DNA of 64,000 nucleotides from an uncultured delta proteobacterium. Lineage in GTDB: Bacteria; Desulfobacterota; BSN033; UBA1163. This document shows positions 1-10,220 of this stretch, piece after piece (the stretch's first letter is position 1; every line of letters starts with the position of its first letter). Below the pieces are notes generated by a model. The model saw only the letters and a program-made list of their open reading frames with translations. It was not told where the DNA came from and made no database searches. The stretch covers positions 480,001 through 544,000 of the forward strand of contig CAWHBU010000006.1 of the NCBI GenBank assembly GCA_963827685.1, read 5' to 3'. Position numbers and translations under genes: made by a program.

Positions 1-563
1 CCGTACCCATTCGCACCGGCATAAGACACTCCATATTCCACGACGGATCTCCATCAAAGAGCGTCCCCTGGAGGTCCAAACCCGGATCCAACCCGGCCAT
101 TGGGAAGCTGATACGTTAATCTCCCGAACAAGTAAGGCCGCTTTAGCGGTAGCCCTTGAGAGAACCAGTAGACACCTGCACTTGGCCAAATTGCCTGCCA
201 AGACCTCACAGAACTTGCGATGTGCCCTCACTCGCAGACTCAGCCGTTACCCCCAACCCCTTCTCCGCTCTATCACCTATGATAATGGTTGCGAAAACGT
301 GGAGCATGAGTATACTAACAAGGTGTTGGGAACCCAATCCTACTTCTGTGAACCCTTCCATAGTTGGGAAAAGGCTTCTATCGAAAATGCCATCGGGCTG
401 ATCCGACGCTTCTTCCCCAAGAAGACGGATTTTAATCTGGTTCCCAAAGAACAAGTCAAACGCGTCGAAACTTTACTTAATACGAGGCCACGAAAATGCC
501 TCAATTATCGAACGCCCAATGAAGTTTTGGGCTCATGTGTTGCACTTCACTGTTGAATGCAGC
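1..563 (+). mobile_element. IS30-family insertion sequence, right part (transposase C-terminus, CDS <2..556)
   Basis: Frame 2 is open from the window edge: ...ISIKERP...PGHWEADT...SITYDNGCE...PFHSWEKASIENAIGLIRRFFPK...LNTRPRKCLNYRTP. It ends VALHC-stop inside a typical IS30 right end (TGTTGCACTTCACTGTTGAATGC). Confidence 0.9.
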
Positions 564-623
564 TTTTGGACTTTGACATTCATTTGACATTTCGACTTTG
601 ACATTTGGAATTGAAGGAAGCCA

Positions 624-848
624 CTAATCCAAGTGCGATAATAGAGGTTCGATGGGAATTTCCTCTCGCAGTCCTTCGATCACTCCATCGACATCCTTTT
701 CCCATCCCGGGGCCACCATCAACTCCACGATCGCTTCCTGAGGATCTTTCGTCCTCACCACAGCCATTCCTTCATAGGATTCAATAATGAATTTAAAATA
801 GGCGATATCTTTCCTGCGCACCCTGAAATATCTGGATTGAGTGTCCAT
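624..848 (-). CDS. DUF4911-like small protein
   Basis: 74 aa, with the DIAYFKFIIESYEGMAVVRT.DP pattern typical of this family. Confidence 0.75.
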   Translation of the reverse strand: MDTQSRYFRVRRKDIAYFKFIIESYEGMAVVRTKDPQEAIVELMVAPGWEKDVDGVIEGLREEIPIEPLLSHLD

Positions 849-861
849 GTTTTTACTACGC

Positions 862-946
862 AGTTCGGAGTATTGAGCTCGGAGTTAGGAGCTGGAACAA
901 AGTATCATAATCTCTTATGAAAAATTATTAACTCTGAACTCCGAAC
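862..946. repeat. Inverted 7-mer repeat arms, family A: (AGTTCGG)n...(AACTCCG)n
   Basis: Same pattern at about 1804-1940, 19759-19817 and 54074-54135. Confidence 0.8.
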
Positions 947-1800
947 TATGAACTCCGTGTATTTTTGACCAGGGTTCCCTTGACATCCCCAAAGAGCATG
1001 ACATCTTTGATCGTCCCCTCTGTGGGGTAAAGTTCTTTCGATAACCATCCTTCGATAAGACCTTCTTTGGAATGCGTCACCTCTGGATCCAGAAAAAGTT
1101 TAACGAGATACTCTTTTCCATCTTTAAGTTTCTCAGATTTTTTTCTCTTCTCCTCCTCCTCTTTTGAAGCCACTCTCACTTCATAGCTGGAAGGGCCCTT
1201 CTTGGGAAAGGTGGCCACTGTATATTTTCTACCTTTCTCGATCTCCCCATAAACACCGTAACGAAAATTATAAGAGGCCGTGATGAAATCATCATAGACC
1301 ATTCCTGGAGGAATCTCCTCCTCTGTCCTCACCTTGGTACCGTCTTTCCGTTGCCTCACCTTAATCCATTTTCGCTTTTGATAATCGAAGAAATGGGTTC
1401 GCCGCCGCAACGTGTTTCCAATCTTCACATCTTCTTCGAATGATATGGATCGGAGGCGTCTCCCCCCGTCTATTTCTTCCATGATAGAGCGATAGGTGTC
1501 CGTTCGATAACGAGCCACCCATCCCAGGATACCCAAGGTCTCCCCCTGAAGGGTGGACAAATAACGACCCTTTTTCCCCATTTCCTTGAAACTTATTTTC
1601 CCCAACGCCACTTTCTTAAATAGCCAAACCCCGATGATGTAGTGAAGTTCCTCTCCCTCGAAGAATTCGCCAATGGAGTTCCCTTCTCCTTTCCTTGGAA
1701 GGACGGGAAGATCCGCCCATGTCTCCAGAGCATGGAGAGGAAAAGAAGAGAGGAGGGGAAGTCCCAAAAGATATCTTAAAAAAAGTCGTCGCGTTAACAT
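946..1800 (-). CDS. Exported DUF3108-like protein with possible Tat signal
   Basis: Start moved to ATG 1800 (MLTRRLFLRYLLGLPLL), because the upstream ORF extension is repeat-derived. GEELHY..G.W and D..TA.YNFR motifs. Confidence 0.65.
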   Translation of the reverse strand: MLTRRLFLRYLLGLPLLSSFPLHALETWADLPVLPRKGEGNSIGEFFEGEELHYIIGVWLFKKVALGKISFKEMGKKGRYLSTLQGETLGILGWVARYRTDTYRSIMEEIDGGRRLRSISFEEDVKIGNTLRRRTHFFDYQKRKWIKVRQRKDGTKVRTEEEIPPGMVYDDFITASYNFRYGVYGEIEKGRKYTVATFPKKGPSSYEVRVASKEEEEKRKKSEKLKDGKEYLVKLFLDPEVTHSKEGLIEGWLSKELYPTEGTIKDVMLFGDVKGTLVKNTRSS

Positions 1801-1958
1801 ACCAGTTCGTAGCTCGGAGTCAGGAGTTCGGCGCAATTCTTTAAAGCAAAAAGCATTTGAAAACTTATTAAAAGCCTTCAAACGAATCATTCTGAACTCC
1901 TAATTTCTTTTCTTAACTCCGAACTCACTACTCCGAACTTAATCCCCCATCGGGGGGA

Positions 1959-2927
1959 TTAAATATGCAGTTCGATCACATCCCCTTCGCTGACGAGATA
2001 ATCCCGTTTGACCATTTGTCCATCGAATTTTCCAGAACCCCAGATCTTGGCATATCGAAGTTTGGCAACGAAGTCTTTATGGATAGCGGTGCTTCCCTTC
2101 TTAAGAATAACAGGCTCCGTCAGATCTGGTTCCTTCCCAGGAATTTTCGTATAGACCCGGACGATGTCGAGGATTTGATAAATCTCTTTCTTCAATTCAT
2201 CAAAATTCATTTTTTCTTTGGCAGAGATGGGCAGGATGGGGAAGGAGTCCCGGAAATGGCTCTCCAATCTCTGGTAGGCCCCCATTGCATTTTTAACATC
2301 GCATTTATTCCCAACAAGGAGTGCCCGCAGAGAAACCCATCCCGTCTCCGATGGAGGGATGGGTGCTTTCCGGAGCACCTTTATTCTCATTTCATTCAAC
2401 TGTCCAAGGATAATCTCCATCTGGAAGATGGGGTCTTCCGTCAGATCCACCAAGAGAAGAAGGGCGTCCGCATTTCGAATCAGGTTTGGGAATCCAGGTT
2501 CGATATGATCCAATTGAACCGGTGGAGTATCCACCAATTGAATCTGAAGATTTTCAAACTTCGTCATCCCGGGAATGGGCTTTTGGGTTGTGAAAGAGTA
2601 GTCACCCACCTCGGAAGAGGCATGGGTGATCTGGGAGAGAAGACTTGATTTGCCAGAATTGGGAGGGCCTAAAAGAACGACTTGAGCAGCTCCCTCTCTC
2701 TTAATATTATAGGCCTGCTCTGCCCTCCCGACGGTAGGTCTCCTCTGGAGTTCCTCCTTTAATTTGGCCATTCGGCTTTTGAGCTGTCCCCGAAGTCTCT
2801 CGGTCCCTTTATGTTTTGGGATGACCGCCATCATCACTTCGAGAGCTTTTATCTTCTCTGGCGTGGTCTTGGCCTGCTTAAACTTAAGCTCTGCCTCTAA
2901 ATATTGGGGAGTGAGATTGGCTGGCAT
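1959..2927 (-). CDS. DRG/OBG-family GTPase with C-terminal TGS domain
   Basis: MPANL..., PKHKGTE, G1 GPPNSGKSS, YSFTT, DTPP, NKCD, SAK, and TGS end YAKIWGSGKFDGQMV. Confidence 0.9.
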   Translation of the reverse strand: MPANLTPQYLEAELKFKQAKTTPEKIKALEVMMAVIPKHKGTERLRGQLKSRMAKLKEELQRRPTVGRAEQAYNIKREGAAQVVLLGPPNSGKSSLLSQITHASSEVGDYSFTTQKPIPGMTKFENLQIQLVDTPPVQLDHIEPGFPNLIRNADALLLLVDLTEDPIFQMEIILGQLNEMRIKVLRKAPIPPSETGWVSLRALLVGNKCDVKNAMGAYQRLESHFRDSFPILPISAKEKMNFDELKKEIYQILDIVRVYTKIPGKEPDLTEPVILKKGSTAIHKDFVAKLRYAKIWGSGKFDGQMVKRDYLVSEGDVIELHI

Positions 2928-2935
2928 CTCTCTGG

Positions 2936-3991
2936 TTACGATTCATAAATTTTTTCTTGCAGAAAAATCTCCAAAAATCCTGGGTCAAATTGTTTCCCCT
3001 TGTTTCTTTCCATTTCCAAAAGGATCTCTTCGAGGGCCATGGCCATCCGATGGGGTCTTAGGCTCGCCATCGCATCGAAAGCATCGGGCACAGCAATAAT
3101 CCTTGCCTCAATAGGAATGGCTTCTCCCGCCAAACCGTCTGGATATCCTCTCCCATCGAAGCGCTCGTGATGACTACGAATCATGGGGATCTTATCCTCA
3201 AAAAACTCGATCCCCTCCACAATCTTGACACCGATCAAAGGATGCTCCTGAACGATCTGATATTCTTCCGGACTTAGAGGTCCTCGTTTGCCGAGAATTT
3301 CATCTTTAATACCAATCTTACCAATATCGTGGAGGAGTGCTCCATATTCCAAAATCTCTATTTTCTCTTCTGTAAATCCTGATGAAACGGCAATCTGCAA
3401 ACTCATCCGTTTCACACGATCGGAGTGGCCCCGTGTGTAGGGGTCCTTGGCATCGATCGCTTCTGCCAGAACCTTGACCGAATCCAAATTCGCTTTCTTC
3501 AACGTACGACAAGCCTGCCGAAGGTTTTCCGTCCTCATTTCCACCAATTTCTCCAAATTTCTGTGATAAGACTCGAGCTCCTCCTCCATCTTCTTCCGCT
3601 CAAGGGCTCTCTTCACACTGAAGACCACAAGTTCCAGATCGAACGGCTTGATGAGGAAGTCCGTTGCACCCAGGTGGATCGCCTCTACCGCTATTTGGAT
3701 CTCTGGATAGCCAGTCATGATGATGAACAACATGTTTGGTTGCGCAGTCTTCACATGCTTCAGGAGTTCTAAACCATCCATTTCAGGCATCCTGATATCT
3801 GAGATAATCAGCGAAACATCCTCCTTGTAAAAATGTTTGAGGGCTTCCTTCCCGTTATAGGCTGCGATACATGGATAGCCTTCTTGAGTCAGCCTTTGAC
3901 ATATCATATTGCAGATGATCACTTCATCGTCCACAATCAAAATCCGGTCTTCCACGAATGCCCCCCTTTCTCTTTTTCTATGGATCTCCAA
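2936..3991 (-). CDS. Response regulator with HD-GYP phosphodiesterase domain
   Basis: REC domain (ILIVDDE, SDIRMP, KPF) followed by DPYTRGHS, LHDIGKIG, HHERFDGRGYPDG. Start codon uncertain. Confidence 0.93.
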   Translation of the reverse strand: MEIHRKRERGAFVEDRILIVDDEVIICNMICQRLTQEGYPCIAAYNGKEALKHFYKEDVSLIISDIRMPEMDGLELLKHVKTAQPNMLFIIMTGYPEIQIAVEAIHLGATDFLIKPFDLELVVFSVKRALERKKMEEELESYHRNLEKLVEMRTENLRQACRTLKKANLDSVKVLAEAIDAKDPYTRGHSDRVKRMSLQIAVSSGFTEEKIEILEYGALLHDIGKIGIKDEILGKRGPLSPEEYQIVQEHPLIGVKIVEGIEFFEDKIPMIRSHHERFDGRGYPDGLAGEAIPIEARIIAVPDAFDAMASLRPHRMAMALEEILLEMERNKGKQFDPGFLEIFLQEKIYES

Positions 3992-4131
3992 CTATATTCT
4001 ATAAGAAATTGATAAACAGTCAACTGTATTGAGACTTTGGTGAAAATTTGGAATGAAGATTTCTGGAAAAAATGATTTCCATTGATTTAAAAACCAATTT
4101 TTGGTAAGAATACTGCTGAAAGGAGTCCGAT

Positions 4132-5487
4132 GTGGAGTCCATGAAGATATTGGTCGTCGATGATGAAGCCCTCGTTCGGGACATTATCAGAAAGGGTCTT
4201 TCTCAGATAGGAGGATTTAGTGTAGAGGTCGCCCAAAGCGGACCTGAAGCCCTTGAAAAGATTGAAAAAGATGTCTTCGATTTAGTATTGACCGATCTAA
4301 AGATGCCGGGGATGGATGGTCTCGAGCTCCTGAAAAACATCAAGGGAACCAGGCCGGAGGTGATGGTCATTTTGATGACGGCTTACGGATCGATCGAGAC
4401 AGCTGTGGAGGCAATGAGAATAGGAGCGAACGACTATATCACCAAACCCGTTGATTTGAACGAACTCCACATCCACATCTCCAAAGCCCAAAAGGAAAGT
4501 CTCCTCCTGAGAGAGAATCGGCTTCTGAGGATGGAGGTAGCGAAAAAATTTGAGTTCAACAATATTATTGGAAAAAGCAAGAAGATGCAGGAGATTTTTT
4601 CCCTGATCGAAAAGGTTGCCCTTGGGAGTAGCACAGTGATGATCTATGGAGGAAGCGGAACGGGCAAAGAACTGGTGGCGAAGGCCATCCATTTTAACAG
4701 CCCAAGGGCGGACCGACCTTTCATCCCTTTCAATTGCGGGGCGATCCCTGAGACATTGGTGGAAAGCGAACTTTTTGGACATACCAAGGGGGCCTTCACC
4801 GGAGCGATCCAGGCGAAGAAGGGTTTGTTCGAAGAGGCCGATGGAGGGACGCTCTTCTTGGACGAGATCTCCACGATCCTCCCCTCTGTGCAGGTAAAAC
4901 TTCTAAGAGTCCTTCAGGAGAAAGAGTTGATGAAGGTAGGGAGTACAGAGAGGATAAAGATTGATGTCCGAATGATTGCAGCCACCAATGAGAACTTGGA
5001 AGAGAATGTGAAGAAGGGGAAATTCCGGGAAGACCTCTTCTATCGTCTTCATGTCTTTCCTATTTTTCTCCCCGATCTCAAAGACAGAAAAGAAGATATC
5101 CCTTTACTCGCTTACCATTTTCTTGATCTCTATTCCAAAGAAGCTAAAAAGGAGGTTAAGGGAATCTCAAAAGAGGCGACGAAACTTCTCTTAGAATACC
5201 ATTGGCCGGGGAACGTCAGAGAATTAGAAAATGCCATTGAAAGGGCTGTGATCATGACCGATCAGGATTTCCTGGTGCCCAATGACTTACCCAAAGATCT
5301 GACGGAAGGATTTTCAGAAATGATCAAAAGGGGAGTGAAGGATCGCAAATCTCTGGATGATATCAAGTCCGAATATATAAGAGAAATACTCAAAGAAGTC
5401 AGCGGAAACAAAAGAATCGCCTCAGAAATTCTTAAGGTCAATCCGAGAACGCTTTACCGTTTTGAGAAAAAAGGGCCAGCCGAATAA
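4132..5487 (+). CDS. Sigma-54-dependent NtrC-family response regulator
   Basis: REC, AAA+ (GGSGTGKE, ESELFGH, GAFTGA, LFLDEI, WPGNVREL) and Fis-type HTH. Confidence 0.95.
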   Translation: MESMKILVVDDEALVRDIIRKGLSQIGGFSVEVAQSGPEALEKIEKDVFDLVLTDLKMPGMDGLELLKNIKGTRPEVMVILMTAYGSIETAVEAMRIGANDYITKPVDLNELHIHISKAQKESLLLRENRLLRMEVAKKFEFNNIIGKSKKMQEIFSLIEKVALGSSTVMIYGGSGTGKELVAKAIHFNSPRADRPFIPFNCGAIPETLVESELFGHTKGAFTGAIQAKKGLFEEADGGTLFLDEISTILPSVQVKLLRVLQEKELMKVGSTERIKIDVRMIAATNENLEENVKKGKFREDLFYRLHVFPIFLPDLKDRKEDIPLLAYHFLDLYSKEAKKEVKGISKEATKLLLEYHWPGNVRELENAIERAVIMTDQDFLVPNDLPKDLTEGFSEMIKRGVKDRKSLDDIKSEYIREILKEVSGNKRIASEILKVNPRTLYRFEKKGPAE

Positions 5488-5852
5488 TTATTCTTAGGCT
5501 CCTTCCTTGGGCACCTCCAGTGATTACTGCCCAAAAATTCCCCTTTTGAACAACCTGTCACTTGTCATCTTTGTTTACCTCCTTCTCTGATTCTGGATTT
5601 TATGTCTTTTTGTCAATTCCAAATGAGCAAAGACTATACCAAGTGGTAAAAATTGGTCAAAAAAGAATGGGGGAAAATTTGAAATAAGATTAGCATATTA
5701 CAATTCCTTGTCTCCGATTAACATTATAAATTGAAACCCTATGACTTTTTGCCAGAAAAGGCAATTTTGGGCCATAAAAATGAAAAAAACGTTAATTGGA
5801 TCTTTTTTCTTTATCATGCAGAAGGTTATAATACTTCCCTGGAGGTTTTATC

Positions 5853-6578
5853 ATGAAGAGAATATTAATCACAGCCATCCTGTTTTCTTTTCCGGTCCTC
5901 CTCCTTTTTGGGGAATCCCTTGCCCTCACAAACGAGGAAGCTTCCTTTATTTTAAAGGATTTGATTAAGACAGAATTCAAAATCCTGGAGATCAAGGAGG
6001 CCCCCTTGGAGGGCTTTTGGGAGGTTACCTGTGGGATAGGTCAAGATAGGATGATTATTTATGTCCATAAAAACTTAAGATTCATTATTCACGGCCATGT
6101 ATTGGATCGCCAAACCAAAAGAGATCTTACTCTTGATAGATTAAAAGACTTGCGGAGAGCGGACCCCTCCACTCTTCACCTCGAAAATGCCATTCGAATG
6201 GGAGAAGGAAAAAGAAAACTCTACGTATTGACTGACCCTCAATGCCATTTTTGTTTCCAACTCCATGAAGAACTGAAACAGATTAAAGATCTCCAGACCT
6301 TCTTCTTTTTATACCCTTTATCTCCTGCTTCCTTTGAGAAAGCAAAGTCCGTATGGTGTTCACAAGACAAGGTGAGGGCCTTGGAAGAAACTTATCAAGG
6401 GAAAGAATTAAAACTCTCTTCTTGTGATACCACACCCATCAATAAGAATATGGAATTGGGAAGGCGTCTGCTGGTCGATTCCACCCCAACTCTCATTTTT
6501 CAAAATGGAAAAATCATGGAGGGTTATTCTTCTCCGGACACCTTGGAAAATCTCTTGAAATTGAATGCCGGTCTTTGA
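5853..6578 (+). CDS. dsbC: DsbC-family thiol:disulfide isomerase
   Basis: Signal peptide, N-terminal dimerisation region, TDPQCHFC active site, STPT cis-Pro loop. GGAGG RBS. Confidence 0.8.
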   Translation: MKRILITAILFSFPVLLLFGESLALTNEEASFILKDLIKTEFKILEIKEAPLEGFWEVTCGIGQDRMIIYVHKNLRFIIHGHVLDRQTKRDLTLDRLKDLRRADPSTLHLENAIRMGEGKRKLYVLTDPQCHFCFQLHEELKQIKDLQTFFFLYPLSPASFEKAKSVWCSQDKVRALEETYQGKELKLSSCDTTPINKNMELGRRLLVDSTPTLIFQNGKIMEGYSSPDTLENLLKLNAGL

Positions 6579-8371
6579 CTTTGTATTCCAAGTCTGTTAT
6601 TTTTGAGAAAATGAAGCTATTTTTAATGAAAGCCTTCGTTATTTCATTGTCTCTATTCTTTCTGGAGGCTTGTGCAGGAAGACCTGTATTTCAAGAACTA
6701 GAAAAAGGCCCACCTTCCGTTCAGCCCAATCCGACGAAACTCCAAAAAACTCAAAAGAAGACCCCTCCTTCAAACCCCCTTGCTTATTACTACTTTCTCC
6801 TCTCTCAGCTTAAATTACGGGAGGGAAAAGTGGATGAGGCGATTGAGGATCTTAAAGAAGCGATCGCCCGAGATGCCAAAGAACCTTCCCTGCATGTTGA
6901 ATTGGCTACCCTCTACATCCATAAAGGCCTATTAAACGAGGCGATCGAAGAGTGTAAAACCGCTCTCCTTGATGACCCCGATGATCTCTCTGCCCATTTG
7001 CTCCTGGGTGGATTATATTCCATCCTTAAGAAGTATCCCTTAGCCATCGCCTCTTACAAGAAAGTATTGGAGATCGACCCACAACACCGGGAAAGTTACC
7101 TTTTCCTTAGTTCCCTCTACGAAGACACCCAGAATTATGACCAAGCGATCCAAGTCCTTAAACAATTTCTCAAGATCGAACCGAACTCCGTGATGGGCCT
7201 CTATGCTTTGGGGAGGATTTATATCAGGACAAAATCTTATGAATCGGCCAAGCAATATTTTCTAAAGGCGTTAGCCATCGAGCCCAATCTGGTCTCTGTC
7301 CTGACGGATTTGGGGATGACTTATGAGATCCAGAATGAACCTGAAAAAGCAGCGGAGATCTACCAAAAAATCCTTAACCTCGATCCGGACAATAAAAAGG
7401 TGAGAAGCCGACTGGGGCAGATCTTCATCAAAAAGAAGAAGTTCGACGAGGCGTTGAATCAATTTCGGGAGATGCAAAAATCCGATTCAGAAGATCTCAA
7501 TATCCGAACGAAGATGGGCTTGATCTATTTGGAACAGGGCAAATTGGACCAGGCGATTTTGGAATTCAATTTCATCCTCGCGGCCAATCCCAAAGATGAT
7601 CGGGTCCGATATTATTTAGGGGCCGCCTATGTCGAAAAAGATGCCTTCGACCAAGCCATCTCAGAATTCAAGAAGATCCCTCCTGAATCAGCTCTCTTTG
7701 CTGATTCGAGAAGAAACATTGTCCTGATTCTGAAGAAACAGAACAAGATGGAGGAAGCGATCCGAATCTTAGAGGAATCGATTCAGGCTAAACCGAATGA
7801 GGGAGATCTTTACCTATTCCTCGCTGCTGTTTTTGAAAATGAGAACCAATTGGAAAAGGCGTTGGCCACCCTGAAGAGGGGACTCGAGAAAAATCAGAAT
7901 GATGAAGAAATTCATTTCCAAATCGGTGCACTCTGCGATAAGATGGGAAATTTCGACAAAATGGTCGCTGAAATGAAGGAGGTTCTCCGGCTCAACCCCA
8001 ACCATGCCGATGCCCTCAACTACTTGGGCTATTCCTATTCCGAGAAGGGCATCCAATTGGAAGAGGCCCTCAAACTCATCCAGAAGGCCATGGAATTGAA
8101 ACCCAATATGAGCTACATCACCGATAGTCTGGGTTGGGTCTATTATAAACTTGGGAACTACGGGAAAGCGGTGACCGAGCTTGAAAAAGCAAACCAACTG
8201 ACTCCAGATGATTCCACGATTACCGAACACGTGGCAGATGTTTATGTTAAACTGGACCGAATCGAAAAAGCCATCGAGTTTTACGAAAGGGCGTTGAAAT
8301 TGGATCCAAAACCAGATCAAAAGGAAAGGCTACAAAAGAAGATTAAGGAACTCAAAGAAAAAAAGAAGTAG
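6575..8371 (+). CDS. Multi-TPR lipoprotein
   Basis: Lipobox LEAC, many TPR repeats, ALNYLGYS and DSLGWVYY motifs. The true start may be ATG 6611. Confidence 0.9.
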   Translation: MTLYSKSVIFEKMKLFLMKAFVISLSLFFLEACAGRPVFQELEKGPPSVQPNPTKLQKTQKKTPPSNPLAYYYFLLSQLKLREGKVDEAIEDLKEAIARDAKEPSLHVELATLYIHKGLLNEAIEECKTALLDDPDDLSAHLLLGGLYSILKKYPLAIASYKKVLEIDPQHRESYLFLSSLYEDTQNYDQAIQVLKQFLKIEPNSVMGLYALGRIYIRTKSYESAKQYFLKALAIEPNLVSVLTDLGMTYEIQNEPEKAAEIYQKILNLDPDNKKVRSRLGQIFIKKKKFDEALNQFREMQKSDSEDLNIRTKMGLIYLEQGKLDQAILEFNFILAANPKDDRVRYYLGAAYVEKDAFDQAISEFKKIPPESALFADSRRNIVLILKKQNKMEEAIRILEESIQAKPNEGDLYLFLAAVFENENQLEKALATLKRGLEKNQNDEEIHFQIGALCDKMGNFDKMVAEMKEVLRLNPNHADALNYLGYSYSEKGIQLEEALKLIQKAMELKPNMSYITDSLGWVYYKLGNYGKAVTELEKANQLTPDDSTITEHVADVYVKLDRIEKAIEFYERALKLDPKPDQKERLQKKIKELKEKKK

Positions 8372-8383
8372 AGTCAACTCCGG

Positions 8384-8515
8384 AAATTAAATTCCAATCA
8401 CCAATTACAAAATTCCAAACGATATAAATCATAAATAATAATTCAAATAACCTCTCCAAGTTTTGGTTATTGGAAATTGGGATTTGTTTGGTTATTGGAT
8501 TTTGGAATTTGGATA
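8384..8515. repeat. Inverted 7-mer repeat arms, family B: (AAATTCC/AAATCCC)n...(TTTGGAA/TTGGGAT)n
   Basis: Same pattern at about 16648-16845, 34224-34470, 52047-52158, 54855-55000 and 58999-59120. A related single arm lies at 565-613. Confidence 0.8.
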
Positions 8516-8526
8516 TTACGGTTTTA

Positions 8527-8766
8527 TCAACCTCCTGCGACAGGAGGGAAGATACTCAGGACATCGCCATCCTTTAATATCTGTTCCTTCTTTCCATGGA
8601 CGCCATTGATCAAAATGATCTTAGGTATCTCTTCGGGTATTTTGAGCCGGGACAAAATATCCTGGGCTCGGGTAGAACCATCGACCTCCATCTTACAGGA
8701 AAACCGACTGCTTCCCTTCGGGAGATAATCTCGAAGTGTTGCAAATAATTTTACCTCAATCTCCAT
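8527..8766 (-). CDS. MoaD/ThiS-family sulfur-carrier protein
   Basis: 79 aa, VKLFATLR N-terminus, C-terminal FPPVAGG. Confidence 0.9.
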   Translation of the reverse strand: MEIEVKLFATLRDYLPKGSSRFSCKMEVDGSTRAQDILSRLKIPEEIPKIILINGVHGKKEQILKDGDVLSIFPPVAGG

Positions 8767-8900
8767 GGGTTTTAGTCTTTCAATTTCTTACTTTGACCTA
8801 TTCGACCTTTTTGGGCCAACTCCATAGACCAAAAAGACGTTTTATTATTATGTAACCGAAATTTTCCCCTCGCCGCAAGAGGGATTTGAGGAAAGAAGGA

Positions 8901-9941
8901 TCAGAGAATTCGAATTCTTCCGCGAGGCTCTTCCACCACTTCCCCTACGATGTTGGAATGAATGAGCCCTTCTTTCTTTAGGGTCACCACCAGTTTGTCT
9001 GCCTTGTTGGAGGGCAAAGAAATTAAGAGCCCGCCAGAGGTTTGGGGATCATAAAAAATATTGACCAATAGATCGGGTACGTCGGGTTGAACTTCCACAC
9101 GGCAGGAGAAAAAATCTCGATTTGAATAAGCCCCCCCAGGGATTAATCCCAATTTCGCATATTCTACGGCTTCAGGGAAGATTGGAACAGCTTTTGATTG
9201 AATGACCATTCCCACCTGGCTTGCGACCGCCATTTCTAATGCATGGCCGATGAAACTGAAGCCTGTGATATCCGTACAGGCATGGGCCCCAAATTTTATC
9301 ATCCATTCCGACGTTGTTCGATTAAGGGTCACCATGCTCTCCACGATCTTCCGGACAGCCTCCTCCGAAGCCATTTCACCCTTAAGGGCTGTGGCAATAA
9401 TCCCTGTGCCAAGAGGTTTCGTCAAAACCAACTTGTCCCCTACCTTCGCTTTCGCATTGGTCAGGATTTTTTTGGGATGCACCACCCCTGTTACAGCCAG
9501 GCCATATTTAATCTCCGGGTCCTCGATCGAATGCCCTCCCACCAGAGCCACACCAGCCTCCTCCATCTTCGAAAGCCCTCCGAGAAGGATTTCTTTCAAA
9601 ATAGAAGAAGAGAGGTCTTTGATGGGAAAGGCCACTAAATTCATGCCTGTGAGGGGAGTCCCTCCCATGGCATAGACGTCACTCAGAGCATTGGCCACAG
9701 CGATCTGGCCAAAAGTAAAAGGATCGTCCACGATCGGGGTGAAGAAGTCTACCGTCTGAACCAGGGCGACCTCGTCACTTAATTGATAGACCCCTGCATC
9801 ATCCGATGTCTCCAGTCCAACCAGAACCTTCGGATTTTTTGGAAGCGGCAATCCTTTAAGAATTTGATCCAGATCCTCTGGACCCACTTTAGAGGCTCAA
9901 CCCGCTTTTTTGACTTTCGAAGTCAGACGCACTTTCTCCAT
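8901..9941 (-). CDS. selD: Selenide,water dikinase (selenophosphate synthetase), selenocysteine-containing
   Basis: ATG 9941 gives MEKVRLTSKVKKAG-TGA(9897-9899)-ASKVGPEDL, in frame with the tracked ORF. This is the G-[C/U]-x-x-K active-site motif. DDAGVY, TVDFFTP, ANALSDVYAMGG and DPQTSGGLL follow. Confidence 0.96.
9866..9884 (-). promoter_or_regulatory. Bacterial SECIS hairpin of selD
   Basis: GGUCCAGA-GGA-UCUGGAUC: 8-bp stem with one GU pair and a G-led loop, starting 12 nt after the UGA. Confidence 0.8.
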
Positions 9942-9962
9942 TTCTCTCTCCGTCCTTTGAAA

Positions 9963-10220
9963 TTAGGTCAGAATTTCCTTCTTTTTCTCAAACCTTCCCC
10001 TTGAATCCTTTGTATAACATTCGGTCATCGATATCTTATTCTCCCTGAGGATAAGCAACGCTTTTTCTTCTGATTCTCCTGAGAGTTCGACCGCTACTCC
10101 GCAATCGGAACTAATATCCCTCGGCACTGGGATGAGGTCAACTTCTATTCCTTTTTCCTTAAGAAGTTTTTCAGTCCTCATCACCTGATGGACGGACGAA
10201 AAGAGGAGTACGCATTTCAT
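9963..10220 (-). CDS. DUF3343 protein (putative Se/S carrier)
   Basis: F.SVH....EK.LK..G....LIPVPR.ISSDCG motif. Overlaps the yedF stop (ATGA). Confidence 0.85.
   Translation of the reverse strand: MKCVLLFSSVHQVMRTEKLLKEKGIEVDLIPVPRDISSDCGVAVELSGESEEKALLILRENKISMTECYTKDSRGRFEKKKEILT

Noticed and set aside
862-1940. CRISPR array suggested by recurring AGTTCGGAG units
   Set aside because: The units are 7-mer tandem arms in inverted orientation, not 25-40-nt repeats with unique spacers. No cas genes are present.
5590-5790. Sigma-54 promoter and enhancer sites upstream of dsbC
   Set aside because: TGTCTTTTTGTCA and TGACTTTTTGCCA look like activator sites, but the best -24/-12 candidate is GG-N10-GA rather than GC. 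Too weak to call.
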